Source of the DNA: Octopus sinensis
Taxonomy: Eukaryota
Assembly: GCF_006345805.1 (NCBI RefSeq)
Contig: NC_043001.1
Location: forward strand, 60,760,001 to 60,824,000
Length of the DNA: 64,000 nucleotides
Reading direction: 5' to 3'
This document shows, in pieces, positions 25,788 to 38,552 of this stretch; within the stretch, counting starts at the first letter, position 1; each line of letters starts with the position of its first letter. Below the pieces are notes generated by a model. The model made no database searches and was not told the origin of the DNA. It was given only the letters and a program-made list of their open reading frames with translations. Both the position numbers and the translations under genes were made by a program.

Positions 25788-25866
<79 letters not shown>

Positions 25867-26044
25867 TATATGCATATATACATTCATATATGTACATACC
25901 TAGATATAAATGTGTACAGGAGATCAAAAAACGTTGAACACAATGAGAAACGAAAACAAAAAGAAAAACATAGAAAAGACCCTTTTTCGAACAACGAAAA
26001 AACAGAGAAAATGAAACATATAACATATATATATATATATATAA

Positions 26045-26114
<70 letters not shown>

Positions 26115-26656
26115 TAAATTTACATATAGAGGGCATTATACATACATGCCAGAAGGCATTATACATACATGCCAAACGCTAAGAGGGACAATTAGTCATT
26201 TCTACCAAAAATATTACTAATCCCACCGAATGCAATTTTTCAAAGTAAGACATTTAAAAAATTGCATTCGGTGGGATAGTAATATTTTTGGTAGAAATGA
26301 CTAATTGTCCCTCTTAGCGTTTGGCATTGTATGTAATGCCTTCTGGCATGTATGTTTAATGCCCTCTATATATAAATTAATATGTTCAATAAGAAATAAT
26401 TATTTTCGAAATTTTTTCTCTTATGAGGTTTTTACGCTATCTACCTGACAATTCTTGTTAAGTCCTTATTAAGTAGTTGTCCTTAATTGCTAAATTTTTA
26501 TTCCGAAAAATCTTTTCCTCTCCCGAAATGCAATTCGTAAAAGTTTGCCATTTATCCGGGATAATATATGTAAACTCACCCATGTGCTTCGTTGATGTCG
26601 AGCAGTTAGCTGATCGGCTTAACGGGGCAGGGTCGTTGTTTATTTATAATAATTCA

Positions 26657-26702
26657 GGCCTGCTGATGAGTACGTAAGTATGAAATCACTGTGATACAGG
26701 TC
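26657..26702 (+). ncRNA. Minimal type I hammerhead ribozyme, copy 1
   Basis: ggcctg CTGATGA gtac-gtaa-gtat GAAA tcac-t-gtga TA caggtc. Confidence 0.9.
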
Positions 26703-27137
26703 TATATTTTTTTTAATGTCTTACTTTGAAAAATTGCATTCGGTGGGATTAATAATATTTTTGGTAGAAATGACTAATTGTCCCTCTTAGCGTTTGGCAT
26801 GTATGTATAATGCCTTCTGGCATGTATGTATAATGCCCTCTATATATAAATTAATATGTTCAATAAGAAATAATTATTTTCGAAATTTTTTCTCTTATGA
26901 GGTTTTTACGCTATCTACCTGACAATTTCTTGTTAAGTTTTCCTTATTAAGTAGTTGTCCTTAATTGCTAAATTTTTATTCCGAAAAAACTTTTCCTCTC
27001 CCGAAATGCAATTCGTAAAAGTTTGCCATTTATCCGGATGTAATATATGTAAACTCACCCATGTGCTTCGTTGATGTCGAGCAGTTAGCTGATCGGCTTA
27101 AGCGGGGCAGGGTCGTTGTTTATTTATAATACATTCA

Positions 27138-27183
27138 GGCCTGCTGATGAGTACGTAAGTATGAAATCACTGTGATACAGGTC
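27138..27183 (+). ncRNA. Minimal type I hammerhead ribozyme, copy 2
   Basis: Identical to 26657-26702. Confidence 0.9.
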
Positions 27184-27610
27184 TATATTTTTTTAAATGT
27201 CTTACTTTGAAAATTGCATTCGTGGGATTAATAATATTTTTGGTAGAAATGACTAATTGTCCTCTTAGCGTTTGGCATGTATGTATAATGCCTTCTGGCA
27301 TGTATGTATAATGCCCTCTATATAAAATTAATATGTTCAATAAGAAATAATTATTTTCGAAATTTTTTCTCTTATGAGGTTTTTACGCTATCTACCTGAC
27401 AATTTCTTGTTAAGTTTTCCTTATTAAGTAGTTGTCCTTAATTGCTAAATTTTTATTCCGAAAAAAACTTTTCCTCTCCCGAAATGCAATTCGTAAAAGT
27501 TTGCCATTTATCCGGATGTAATATAGTAAACTCACCCAGGCTTCGTTGATGTCGAGCAGTTAGCTGATCGGCTTAAGCGGGGCAGGGTCGTGTTTATTTA
27601 TATACATTCA

Positions 27611-27656
27611 GGCCTGCTGATGAGTACGTAAGTATGAAATCACTGTGATACAGGTC
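27611..27656 (+). ncRNA. Minimal type I hammerhead ribozyme, copy 3
   Basis: Identical to 26657-26702. Confidence 0.9.
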
Positions 27657-27922
27657 TATATTTTTTTAAATGTCTTACTTTGAAAATTGCATTCGGTGGG
27701 ATTAATAATATTTTTGGTAGAAATGACTAATTGTCCCTCTTAGCGTTTGGCATGTATGTATAATGCCTTCTGGCATGTATGTATAATGCCCTCTATATAT
27801 AAATTAATATGTTCAATAAGAAAAAATAAATTATTTTCGAAATTTTTTCTCTTATGAGTTTTTACGCTATCTACCTGACAATTTCTTGTTAAGTTCCTTA
27901 TTAAGTAGTTGTCCTTAATTGC

Positions 27923-27979
<57 letters not shown>

Positions 27980-28985
27980 ATACACACACACATACGTATC
28001 AAGTATCAAATAAAAGAAACATGAGAAGCGATATTTGTGAAATACTTGCAATGTTGTTCACTGCTTGTGTTTCCTGCTCAAAATATCAAAATAACTGGCA
28101 TACTTCTAAAGCAAATATTTAAAAAAAAGTCTTGGATTAATTTCCTTTGATAAACTTGACACGGAACAGCAAGATTCATAAGTGAATAGTGCCAATGAAT
28201 GACACTATCAAATTAACTAAGTAATGTAATATTAGAAAGAAAACATCATTCAGAAAGTTAGAGAAAAATTTTTTTAAATATATAAATATAAATATTCTGA
28301 AATGAAAATAGCAAGAGTATATAATGAATTTGCAGATAAAGCATTCTTAGCGCCTTAATAACAAACATGCGTTTTCGTCCTCGAGATTGTGTGTGGTGGG
28401 AGAATTTATTTTCATATATCTTCACAATCAAAATATTTTGTAGTTGGATTTTGTCATTGAAAGAACGTCTGTGGTGTGGAATTAAAACTATATTGTTTTC
28501 TGCTTTCTCTTTCCTGTCCCACATGAATATGGTTTACATGCTAGCTTTTCTCTCTTTTGAATTATCGATTGTCAGCGAAGATAGTTTCTGATTATTTTTA
28601 ATAAATTATGAAGCACTGTCCGACTTCTTTAATACTTCCTTTCTGTCAAGCAGAATTTACTTTTAATACATTCAATATTGACACTTATATAGTTTACGTG
28701 ACGCTATATAGATTTTGTTTTGTTTTTTAATTATTTTGAATGAAGCTAAATAATTCTTATTATCCCATAATTCTCAATACGTTTTTGTTTATAATGCTGC
28801 TTGTCAGTATTCTTGTATGCCTGCCTACCTGCCTGCTTGCTTAACTGCCTGTTTGCTTGCCTGTTTGTTTCTCATTCATTCTCGCTCTCCCAATCATCCT
28901 CTTTGACCCTCTCAGCATACACACACTAATATGTATGCGCACATATTTACATACAAGTATATGTGCGTGTGTGTGTTAATAACAC

Positions 28986-29860
28986 CTAGAAAGAGATGTT
29001 TTCTCCACTCACCAAAGTGAATGGAGGATTGACAAGGAAGAACTGGTGTCTTCCAACGTTCATTGGGTATTTCGACCCTGAACCGTAACGACCTCTCGTT
29101 GGTGAGTATGCAGAGGTGGCCAAGTCACTGGTCCTTATCCTTCCAGTTTTACACCATTCTCTAGCTCCAATGCCAACAATTGGCTCTTTGAACTCCTCTC
29201 CCATCCTGCACAGAACCATCCTTCGCCTTTTCCCTTCCATTCCAATGGCTGCCGACTGAGCAGGAAACCCCCAATAACCAACCTCGACTTGGAAAAACCA
29301 TGGATGCCATCTCTCATCCCTGCTATCCAGTAGAAGGAATATTATGTCAAGATCTTGGTCAATTTTTTACCATTCCTTTGTCTCATTCATCTTGGGCCAT
29401 TTGATTCGAGTTCTCGCTGAGTGAGATTGGCCCTCTGGGGTGGTATTGGGTGGGTTGCCATTCCTGGAGACTTGAGGTGACACAACTAACGAAAAATTTC
29501 CAGTCTTTTGAGGAGGTGCTTCCTGTCTGGACTTCTCCTGCGTCTTTTCAGATTTTATCACTGTGCGCTGCACTCGCGGCCTTTCTTTTCCACAGTAGAA
29601 CCTGGCTAGGTGTATCTTGAGCTATTTCGCATTCTTGCAGAGCTTTCCGAAGTGACATTTTACTCCCAACACTTCCCCAGCTAATGATGTCTCAACAGGG
29701 TTTCCTATTGTCCATATTCTGTGACTGTGGGACTCCTTTCAACAGTCAGACCTAGCTCGATGTATCTTGAGCCCTTTTGAACTCTTGCAGATCCTTCAGT
29801 CCCAATATGTCTTCAGTTGAGGATGACTGGAGCAGTCTCTATGTCCGTAAACGTTATCAC
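28986..29860 (-). mobile_element. Internally deleted HERO-like RLE non-LTR retrotransposon
   Basis: Minus strand has two N-terminal zinc-finger relics (RICKSSKGLKIHRARSDC; CHFGKLCKNAK*LKIHLARFYC) and RIKWPKMNETKEW, joined directly to the RLE C-terminus (VEVGYWGFPAQS...GMEGKRRR) and a 3' UTR. Confidence 0.7.
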
Positions 29861-30089
29861 CCTATCTTTCACTTACTAAAATCTGTTTATAAGCACACGA
29901 ACACATGCGCACGCGCGCGAGCATACAGATGCACACATTCACACTCACATGCAAGCCATAACGTCCAACTTTTCGAAAATCCTTTTACATCTCTTTAAAA
30001 AATGTAATGACTTTATACGTTCTCGTTCTCCTTCACGAATCTTTGTCAGTGCGTATAATATGTTTTTATGAGTGTATGTACATGTCTGC

Positions 30090-30160
<71 letters not shown>

Positions 30161-30371
30161 TGTGTGTGTATGTATATATGTATCTGTGTGCGTGTATACA
30201 TGTATGTCTGTGTGTATGTATATATGAATATATGTGTATGTGTTGTGTAGGTGTTTTTGTATATACACATGAATGCGTGTGGAGATCGGCCTCTGCCTCC
30301 ATCTTTTTTTTTCTTTCTGCTGTCTGCATATGTGTATTTGCATGTGTGACTCTCTCTTTTACTCTTTTACT

Positions 30372-30748
30372 TGTTACGCTCATTTGACTGTGGCCATGCT
30401 GGAGCACCGCCTTTAGTCGAACAAATCGTCCCCAGGACTTATTCTATCGGTCTGTTTTGCCGAACCGCTAAGTTACGAGGTCGTAAACACACTAGTATCG
30501 GTTGTGAAGAGATGTTTGGGGACAAATACAGACACACAAGCTTATATGCACACACATATATATGTATGTATGTATATACATATATACGACGGGCTTCTTT
30601 CAGTTTCCGTCTCCCAAATCCACCCAAAAGGCTTTGGTCGGCCCGAGGCTGTAATAGAAGATACTTGCCCAAGGTGCCACGCAGTGGGACTGAACCCGGA
30701 ACCATGTGGTTGTTAAGCAAGCTACTTACCACACAGCCACTCCTACGA
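30372..30748 (-). mobile_element. tRNA-derived SINE (second family; another copy at 50580-50965)
   Basis: catttgactgtggccatgctggagcaccgcc...cttgcccaaggtgccacgcagtgggactgaacccggaacc (reverse B-box). Aligns by eye with 50580-50965. Confidence 0.85.
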
Positions 30749-31269
30749 GAGTGCATGTATGTGTGTATATATGCGGATGTGTACATACACGCGCGCGCGC
30801 ACACACACAAACACGCACACATGCATATATATATACTGTTCTGCAGGCTTAGAGCTGAAACGTATAAAAGAATAAAAGACTATATGTATATATATATATA
30901 TATATATATACCTATGTATGTGTATCTGTGCGTTGTGTGTGTTTGTGGAGGGGCATGTACGTGTGTTTTTGCGTGCGTGCGTGTGTATATATACATATAT
31001 ATCTTTGTAAATCTAATTGCCCTTTGGACGTACTCTTTTTCGTATACATCTTAAACGTAATGCCTTGTCTGTGTATTGTACTTCATATTCGAGATTCCGA
31101 CGAAGCTATAGGATGCTATTGATGCCACTGCATGATAAAGCTGACATAGCTGTAAGCTAATGAGTTTCATACACGTCCTTAACATAGAGGATCATGAGGA
31201 TCGCCTGGCCATGTAACACCCCACATTATACTTAAGGACCATAAACCTAATTTCTTCTGCAGCCCCATT

Positions 31270-32280
31270 TGCAGACTGATCAAACCCTCAAAAAGTGATT
31301 TATAGATATTCTTTGTAAGCGCATTCTGGATACCATGAATTTTAGTGGCTTGGACATCTCAAGCCATATAAACGACCACGCCATGGACAAGTTCAAGAAG
31401 GACCTACTTAAAATAGTCAAGGAATTCGGTCTTTCTATGATGGTTACCACCAACCTGACCATGGTCGTGTTCTTGGACGTATCCTTAGACTTGGATAAGT
31501 GTAAGTACTACCCTTAAAGAAAGCTGCAATAGGAAACGATCTCAAGCGTTAATAAAAGAATATCCAAGCAAGAATATCCAATAAAAGAATATCCAAGGGA
31601 CACTACAATGATGTTCTGACTAGGATTGTGTTCACCGAGAATTTAACGAGCATTTCCATAGTTGTCACAAGTACTACAAGCTCTTTAACCCACATAACAT
31701 CGACGTCAGCTACTACTGCTTTGATAGCATCACTTCTAATATCGCATGCTACAAGATACACAAACATACACCTCCACAACTCACAACACCAGTCTATAAC
31801 TCCAAAAACACTGCTAGCTGAGCTTTAGGAGGATACTGCCTTTTAAGAGTTGTATTCTAAAGAGCCACTTTCACACTATCCAAAGGCATACACGGGTATG
31901 ACAGCCAAAGTTTTCAAGGGAAGATATATACAGTACATGCACTGGCTCAGATACAGATATAGAGGGAAAGCCAATACTTTGTTTCGTTTACTCTAGTGGC
32001 TCGGTGATTTCTGAATGAACCCCCTAGTATCGAATGGAATATCGTAAACAGGGCTCGCAATTGCCAGCTCCTCCTCCGTGAAAGATTGTACATCCTCCTT
32101 CAATCTGCAGTATCTATCAAGAGAGAATAGAAACAATGCTATTGTTTCCTGCATTGCTACGTCCTCCTGACTGCCGACAATCCTGAAATACCACCTTAAC
32201 ATCGGCCACTCCTCTACTCTAGCAGCTGTGCTACCAAGAAAAAGGGCTACCAACCACCAACCAGACCGACCACAACATTA
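31270..32280 (+). pseudogene. Penelope-like element relic (RT C-terminal motifs and GIY-YIG)
   Basis: DKFKKDLLKIVKEFGLSMMVTTNLTMVVFLDVSLDLDKCKYYP matches the Penelope RT FLD region; KAYTGMTAKVFKGRYIQYM matches the YIG-T...F..R...H part of GIY-YIG. Confidence 0.8.
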
Positions 32281-32758
32281 TGACTCTCCTACAAACCCCT
32301 AATTTCGCCTTCACATAGGGGCATGTACAGATCAATTAAAACATATAAACACCCACACCTCCACACATAATCACCCGTACGCATACACACACGCAGGTAC
32401 ATATGCTTGCACATACAAACACCTATATGTACAAACACGTCACACAAACGCACGCCCTCATACATACACGTATATGCTCCACCATCCACACAGACACAAA
32501 TACTCACACGCTCACACGCATACGTTCACCTAACTACGCTCGCATACATCACACCCGTATACATAAATAAAAAACATCATATAAACACATACACACGCAT
32601 AGCTTTCTCCAGGCGTATACACGCGCGTCGCATAATAAATGCTTTTTCGCGTCCGCACTTATCTAACAGGCACTAACGCACACGTATTCACAAGCACATA
32701 CATACAGCTACGCACATACAACTAATTGCATTCGCACACCCATACATTCACACACCTC

Positions 32759-32811
<53 letters not shown>

Positions 32812-32889
32812 TTAGGGAATAAATCCAAATTTACAGGGAAAAATCAGATTTAGGATTGAATCCAATTTTATAGCAAAATATTATATAAT

Positions 32890-33560
32890 ATTAATTAGAG
32901 ACAAAACCACTATTATGCAAATCAAACTGCTGGATGTGGTGTTTCCTCTGTGTTGTTGTCATGCTGAGTGAGTGTGTTTATGAATGAGGGTTGTATGTGT
33001 GTGTGTGGGAGTATGAATAAGTAATGTGTAGAAGTATACGGCTACTTTATTAATTTATCGTTGCCTAGATGTTTATGTGTATGTATAGAGATATATATAT
33101 GGGTGTGTGAGTTAGTGTATGTATTTAGATATGTTTATATATATACTTAGATATATGTGTATGAGCATGTGTGTATATATATTTTATTTTTTGCTTTTTG
33201 TTTTTTGAAATTAGATTCTTCATCTTTAAATATGAGAACTTAAATACTAGGTTTCATTATATTCAATTGTTTATAGAGGTTATTTTAGTTCATGATTATA
33301 TATAGATTAAATATAGATTATATATATATTTTTTCATTGATAAATTTATATTATTTATATTTTTTAGTCATTTTAAATTTATATCTTAAAAATATTGATT
33401 ATTTTTAGATCTGAAAACCACCTGATGAATGTCCTTAGAAGAGACACGAAACAATTGTAGTGGCTAATTTAATTTTATCTAATTTATATAAAATTTGTAT
33501 GTATTGGATTAAGTCTTTCTTTGTTTGATTTGCATAATAGTGGTTTTGTCTCTAATTAAT
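32890..33560 (+). mobile_element. pLTR-like unit with a 5' inverted end, in (TA)n
   Basis: attaattagagacaaaaccactattatgcaaatcaaac (from 32890) is mirrored at 33523-33560; hammerhead at 33418-33463. Confidence 0.75.
33418..33463 (+). ncRNA. Minimal type I hammerhead ribozyme
   Basis: ccac CTGATGA atgtc-cttagaaga-gacac GAAA caattg TA gtgg. Confidence 0.85.
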
Positions 33561-33561
33561 A

Positions 33562-33593
<32 letters not shown>

Positions 33594-33595
33594 CC

Positions 33596-34839
33596 ACAGC
33601 GATCGGCAAATATATTGAGACAAATTTACGATGCATAAAACTAGTTATAAATACTAAAACAATGGTAGTAGACAGATTTAATTTGATTGTAACATTTATT
33701 ACAACAAAAATATTTATCATTCTATATGGCCGACCTTCCACACGTAAAGGAATTTTTTTTACATCTACCACAACCTCCACCTTTTTGATTTTGCGTGTCG
33801 CACGCACGATGTATATCTTCAAACTGTTGACGCACGGATGTAGTGGAGCATTCTTCCTTGCTTGAAGTACGTCTCATAAAAATAAATAGAGTAAGTTGAG
33901 ATCTGGGCTGTTACTGGGCCAGATATTGACCCTCACAAAATATGGCACCTTCTCACGAAGGAAGGCCTGTGTTCTTTTGACGCATGGCATTGCATGGTGA
34001 AAAATCCTGGATAAGCCTTACACTGGCAAGCCCAAACATCTGCTCCATCCGAGATAATAGAGTGTCCTTCAGTATGTCCAGCTGCTCCTTTGTGCCGATC
34101 TTGAAACCAGACTCAATGAAGTGTGTGTCCATGTCACTTCCATAATACTCCACGGCTCCAAATACTATTACAGAGGCAAGATTTTTAGTCTCAACCGCAG
34201 AGGGGACTTCATAAGGGTTCTTCTATGCAATAACTCGAGAATTACGGCGATCACCCCAGCGTCCACAAACACGAGATGTTTTTTCCTGCACGTTAATACT
34301 TGATGAATGACGAGCTCTTGCCATATCTGATTGCTTTGGCCTTGGCTGTTAAGAGGTGACGTCGTCGTCGAAGATAGCTTGACATGCTAAGCTTCCTGTT
34401 CACAGCTCTGAATACCGAGGAAATGGACACATTGCGTTCTTTGTAAGTCCTGGATGTAGATGGGTTGGCCTCAATTGAGCGTTTGAGGCCAATGAGAAAC
34501 TTTGAAGTGCGCTTGGAATCACTTCGAATCATGTGTTCCTTTCTCTCAATCTTCCCTTCTTTTTTAAATTGTTCATACACACAATAAACATTCGACTTTA
34601 GAAGTTTCGTCAACTTAACATTTTTATTGGCAGTGTGCCCAGCGCTCGCTAAAATAACAATGGCTGGACGATTCTATTGTCCCATGACTCTTTGTTGTCG
34701 AATCAGTTCGCTATTTACCTGAAAATTAAAGAGGCTAATTAGATTTTGAAGCAAGCAAGGTTTTGTCAAATACTGAAATGTTTAACCCATTAAGTCAACT
34801 GATTAAGATTGGTCTCAATTCATCTGTAACATCCTGTAT
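33596..34839 (-). mobile_element. Tc1/mariner superfamily element, probably maT/DD37D type, decayed
   Basis: Degenerate TIRs (caggatgttacagatgaattgagacc / cagcgatcggcaaatatattgagac) in TA. HTH peptide LKRSIEANPSTS...VSISSVFRAV, and IQD and WPSNSPDLN motifs. Confidence 0.75.
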
Positions 34840-34886
34840 ATATATATATATTGTTATATATATATATATATATATTGTTATATATA

Positions 34887-35279
34887 TATTGTTATATTTC
34901 GGAATGGTCATTTTGCCAGTTTAGCCAATAAAAACACACGCACTATATATTTGGTGTTACTTTGCTTCAGTGTTATTTATTTTTTACATTAATCTTAATC
35001 TTATTTCGGCCAGAGTTCTTTCGTCACACGGGGGATCAATCAATAACATAGAAATTAAAATATTATCCACACATAGATCAGATGCAACAATTAGACAAAT
35101 TACAGAAGCTACACACATAATAGAAAATAAACCTAGCCTGAATAGAAAACTAGAATGGAGCACTAACACACACCACAACATATGACGATAGAGGATCCTG
35201 AAAACATAATAAATACACAGATAAATAAATAAATAACTATATATATATGTGTGTGTATATGTATATGTATATATATATA

Positions 35280-35330
<51 letters not shown>

Positions 35331-35853
35331 GATTCAATTTATTATTATTATTAGTAGTATTGTTGTTATACATACATACATACATACAAGCATATGTAAT
35401 GATAATAATGGGTGGATGTAAACACATGAACAAAATAAGAATAAACAAAAACAACAAAAAACAAAAACAAAAACAACAAAAAACAAAAAAACAAATTACA
35501 AATTACAAATTACATGAACATATATAAACAGAAGATACAAATATTACAGGCATCCCCCACATACGCACACTAAATAAACATAAACACACATAGAGATATA
35601 AGCATGCGCAAATGAAGACATACAATAGAAATACAAAATGGCTGACGGTTAGTAAGGAGAGAAACAAATAAGTGAGAAGAAAACAAAGGACCACTGATGC
35701 GGTCAGAGGAGTGTGACGAAAGAACTCTGGCCGAAATAAGATTAAGATTTATGTAAAAAATAAATAACACTGAAGCAAAGTAACACCAAATATATAGTGC
35801 GTGTATTCTATTGGCTAAACTGGCAAAATGACCATTCCGAAATATAACAATAT
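34887..35853 (+). mobile_element. 5'-truncated Penelope element: inverted pLTR piece, GIY-YIG C-terminus, pLTR with hammerhead
   Basis: 34887-35029 is the reverse complement of 35711-35853. Peptide HGGSINNIEIKILSTHRSDATIRQITEATHIIENKPSLNRKLEW is a typical PLE endonuclease end. Confidence 0.85.
35688..35732 (+). ncRNA. Atypical minimal hammerhead in a Penelope pLTR
   Basis: ggacca CTGATGC g-gtca-gaggagtg-tgac GAAA gaac TC tggcc. A9 is replaced by C, and stem III is very short. Confidence 0.6.
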
Positions 35854-35993
35854 CTGTTTCAACACACGACTTCACATAAAAAATCTTGCACAACAAATAT
35901 TTAAACGTACTATATATATATATATATATATAATATATATATATATAGTGTTAACTAATAGTAGGAGATAGATTTCGCATGAGACTTTATTCG

Positions 35994-36029
35994 GTGCAAC
36001 GTATGTTTCGTTTGGGCCTCTTCAGGTAC
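35994..36029 (-). ncRNA. Minimal hammerhead ribozyme, slightly decayed
   Basis: Minus strand: gtac CTGAAGA ggcccaaac GAAA catacg TT gcac. Confidence 0.6.
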
Positions 36030-36258
36030 ATTGGTAAAGGTGTCTCACTAGAGACTTTTTGTGTCAGCTGGTTTGTTTTATATGCCCATCCGGTTCGAGA
36101 ATGAATAAAAGCAAAAAAATATTAATGAAACACAATATTTCAAATACTAAGGTGAAAAACATTCATGAAGATTAATATTTAGATAAGTAGTTTCGTGTTT
36201 ATGCATGTACACACATACATACACATATATTCATACATACTTACGCACATACACACAT

Positions 36259-36330
<72 letters not shown>

Positions 36331-36526
36331 ATCCAAACAAGAAAACACAGAAAAAACACAGCAAGGCGAGAACGTGGAATAATTAAAGTATTATTTGACG
36401 CTCAGGAAAGAAGGAAGGAGGCTTTAACGTTTCGAGTAGAGCTCTTCGTCGGAAACAAGGAGAAGGAAAGATCCCGAGAAGGGAAGACAGAGGAAAAAAT
36501 ATTTTTGCTGGTGGTGCTCAAGAGAT

Positions 36527-36568
<42 letters not shown>

Positions 36569-36862
36569 ATATATATATATTTCAACAATTGAGGGTAAAA
36601 TTAATTAATTATTAATCAATTTCACCAAGTATTCAGTATGCAAGGGACCATTTAAGGCGAATTCAAATTATTACATTATATAAAAGGGCTTAGTAAAATA
36701 ATTACTTTGCCGCATACTGAACTCACTAGAAATAGTAGCTAAAAAAACTTTTTTAAAACTATTTCTAATACTTAAAGAAAACCTCTCTCATATAGTGTTT
36801 GCTCAATTCAACCAACGAAAGTATGGGGGTAAAGACATTAAAAAATCAAATGCAAGGTTATT

Positions 36863-36914
36863 TGAGAACGTACGTTTCAAGATTAGTCAACTCGACATTT
36901 CTATCATCAGCTCA
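36863..36914 (-). ncRNA. Type I hammerhead ribozyme (copies at 37422-37473 with C3 mutated, and 37980-38031)
   Basis: Minus strand: tgag CTGATGA tagaaat-gtc-gagtt-gac-taatctt GAAA cgtacg TT ctca. Confidence 0.75.
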
Positions 36915-38204
36915 GAACTCCTTGGTTTGGATTTGAAAACACTGAAAGTGGGAGCATACCCTTTCGGCTTCTTATCGCTTCTGAAGATCTGCTCGAAACT
37001 AACAGTGCCAGCAAACTCAAATATGCAAGCGAAGAATTTCTGCTCTCCCCTTTCCACCAGCGTGGGTTAAAATCAGTAAACACTATGCTTTTTTCGGTAA
37101 AATCCGAGGCATTAATAGAGAGAGATGAATTATAATTTCAACAATTGAGGGTAAAATTAATTAATTATTAATCAATTTCACCAAGTATTCAGTATGCAAA
37201 GGGACCATTTAAGGCGAATTCAAATTATTACATTATATAAAAGGGCTTAGTAAAATAAATTACTTTGCCGCATACTGAACTCATTAGAAATAGTAGCTAA
37301 AAAAACTTTTTTAAAACTATTTCTAATACTTAAAGAAAACCTCTCTCATATAGTGTTTGCTCAATTCAACCCACGAAAGTATGGGGGTAAAGACATTAAA
37401 AAATCAAATGCAAAGGTTATTTGAGAACGTACGTTTCAAGATTAGTCAACTCGACATTTCTATCATCATCTCAGAACTCCTTGGTTTGGATTTGAAAACA
37501 CTGAAAGTGGGAGCATACCCTTTCGGCTTCTTATCGCTTCTGAAGATCTGCTCGAAACTAACAGTGCCAGCAAACTCAAATATGCAAGCGAAGAATTTCT
37601 GCTCTCCCCTTTCCACCAGCGTGGGTTAAAATCAGTAAACACTATGCTTTTTTCGGTAAAATCCGAGGCATTAAATAGAGAGAGATGAATTATAATTTCA
37701 ACAATTGAGGGTAAAATTAATTAATTATTAATCAATTCACCAAGTATTCAGTATGCAAAGGGACCATTTAAGGCGAATTCAAATTATTACATTATATAAA
37801 AGGGCTTAGTAAAATAATTACTTTGCCGCATACTGAACTCATTAGAAATAGTAGCTAAAAAAACTTTTTTAAAACTATTTCTAATACTTAAAGAAAACCT
37901 CTCTCATATAGTGTTTGCTCAATTCAACCCACGAAAGTATGGGGGTAAAAACATTAAAAAATCAAATGCAAAGGTTATTTGAGAACGTACGTTTCAAGAT
38001 TAGTCAACTCGACATTTCTATCATCAGCTCAGAACTCCTTGGTTTGGATTTGAAAACACTGGTGGAAAGGGGAGAGCAGAAATTCTTCGCTTGCATATTT
38101 GAGTTTGCTGGCACTGTTAGTTTCGAGCAGATCTTCAGAAGCGATAAGAAGCCGAAAGGGTATGCTCCCACATTCAGTGTTTTCAAATCCAAACCAAGGA
38201 GTTC

Positions 38205-38256
38205 TGAGCTGATGATAGAAATGTCGAGTTGACTAATCTTGAAACGTACGTTCTCA
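38205..38256 (+). ncRNA. Type I hammerhead ribozyme in the inverted segment
   Basis: Same motif as 36863-36914, on the plus strand. Confidence 0.75.
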
Positions 38257-38552
38257 AATAACCTTTGCATTTGATTTTTTAATGTCTTTACCCCCATACT
38301 TTCGTGGGTTGAATTGAGCAAACACTATATGAGAGAGGTTTTCTTTAAGTATTAGAAATAGTTTTAAAAAAGTTTTTTTTAGCTACTATTTCTAATGAGT
38401 TCAGTATGCGGCAAAGTAATTTATTTTACTAACCCCTTTTATATAATATATATATATATTATATATATATATATTATATATATATATATATAATATATTA
38501 TATATATATATATCTATATATATATATATTATATATATATATATATATACAT

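Larger units (their letters stand above)
26117..27927 (+). mobile_element. Tandem array of ~3.5 x ~475-480 bp non-coding hammerhead units with a 5' inverted segment, in (TA)n
   Basis: gaaaa(a)ttgcattcggtggg recurs at ~26260, 26729, 27209 and 27682. 26117-26255 is the reverse complement of the unit segment just downstream of the ribozyme. Confidence 0.9.
36581..38447 (-). mobile_element. Tandem array of ~2.65 x ~558 bp non-coding hammerhead units plus a ~390 bp inverted segment, in (TA)n
   Basis: ttcaacaattgagggtaaaatt at 36581, 37137 and 37697; inversion junction at ~38060; 38061-38447 is the reverse complement of the unit interior. Confidence 0.9.

Noticed and set aside
26260-27927. CRISPR-like or satellite interpretation of the tandem array
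   Set aside because: No short repeat with unique spacers and no cas genes; the units are ~480 bp, few in number and carry ribozymes.
36795-38321. Four similar 90-105 aa ORFs suggesting a small gene family
   Set aside because: They come from the tandem and inverted 558 bp unit, begin at GTG/TTG, change frame with indels and show no known motif.
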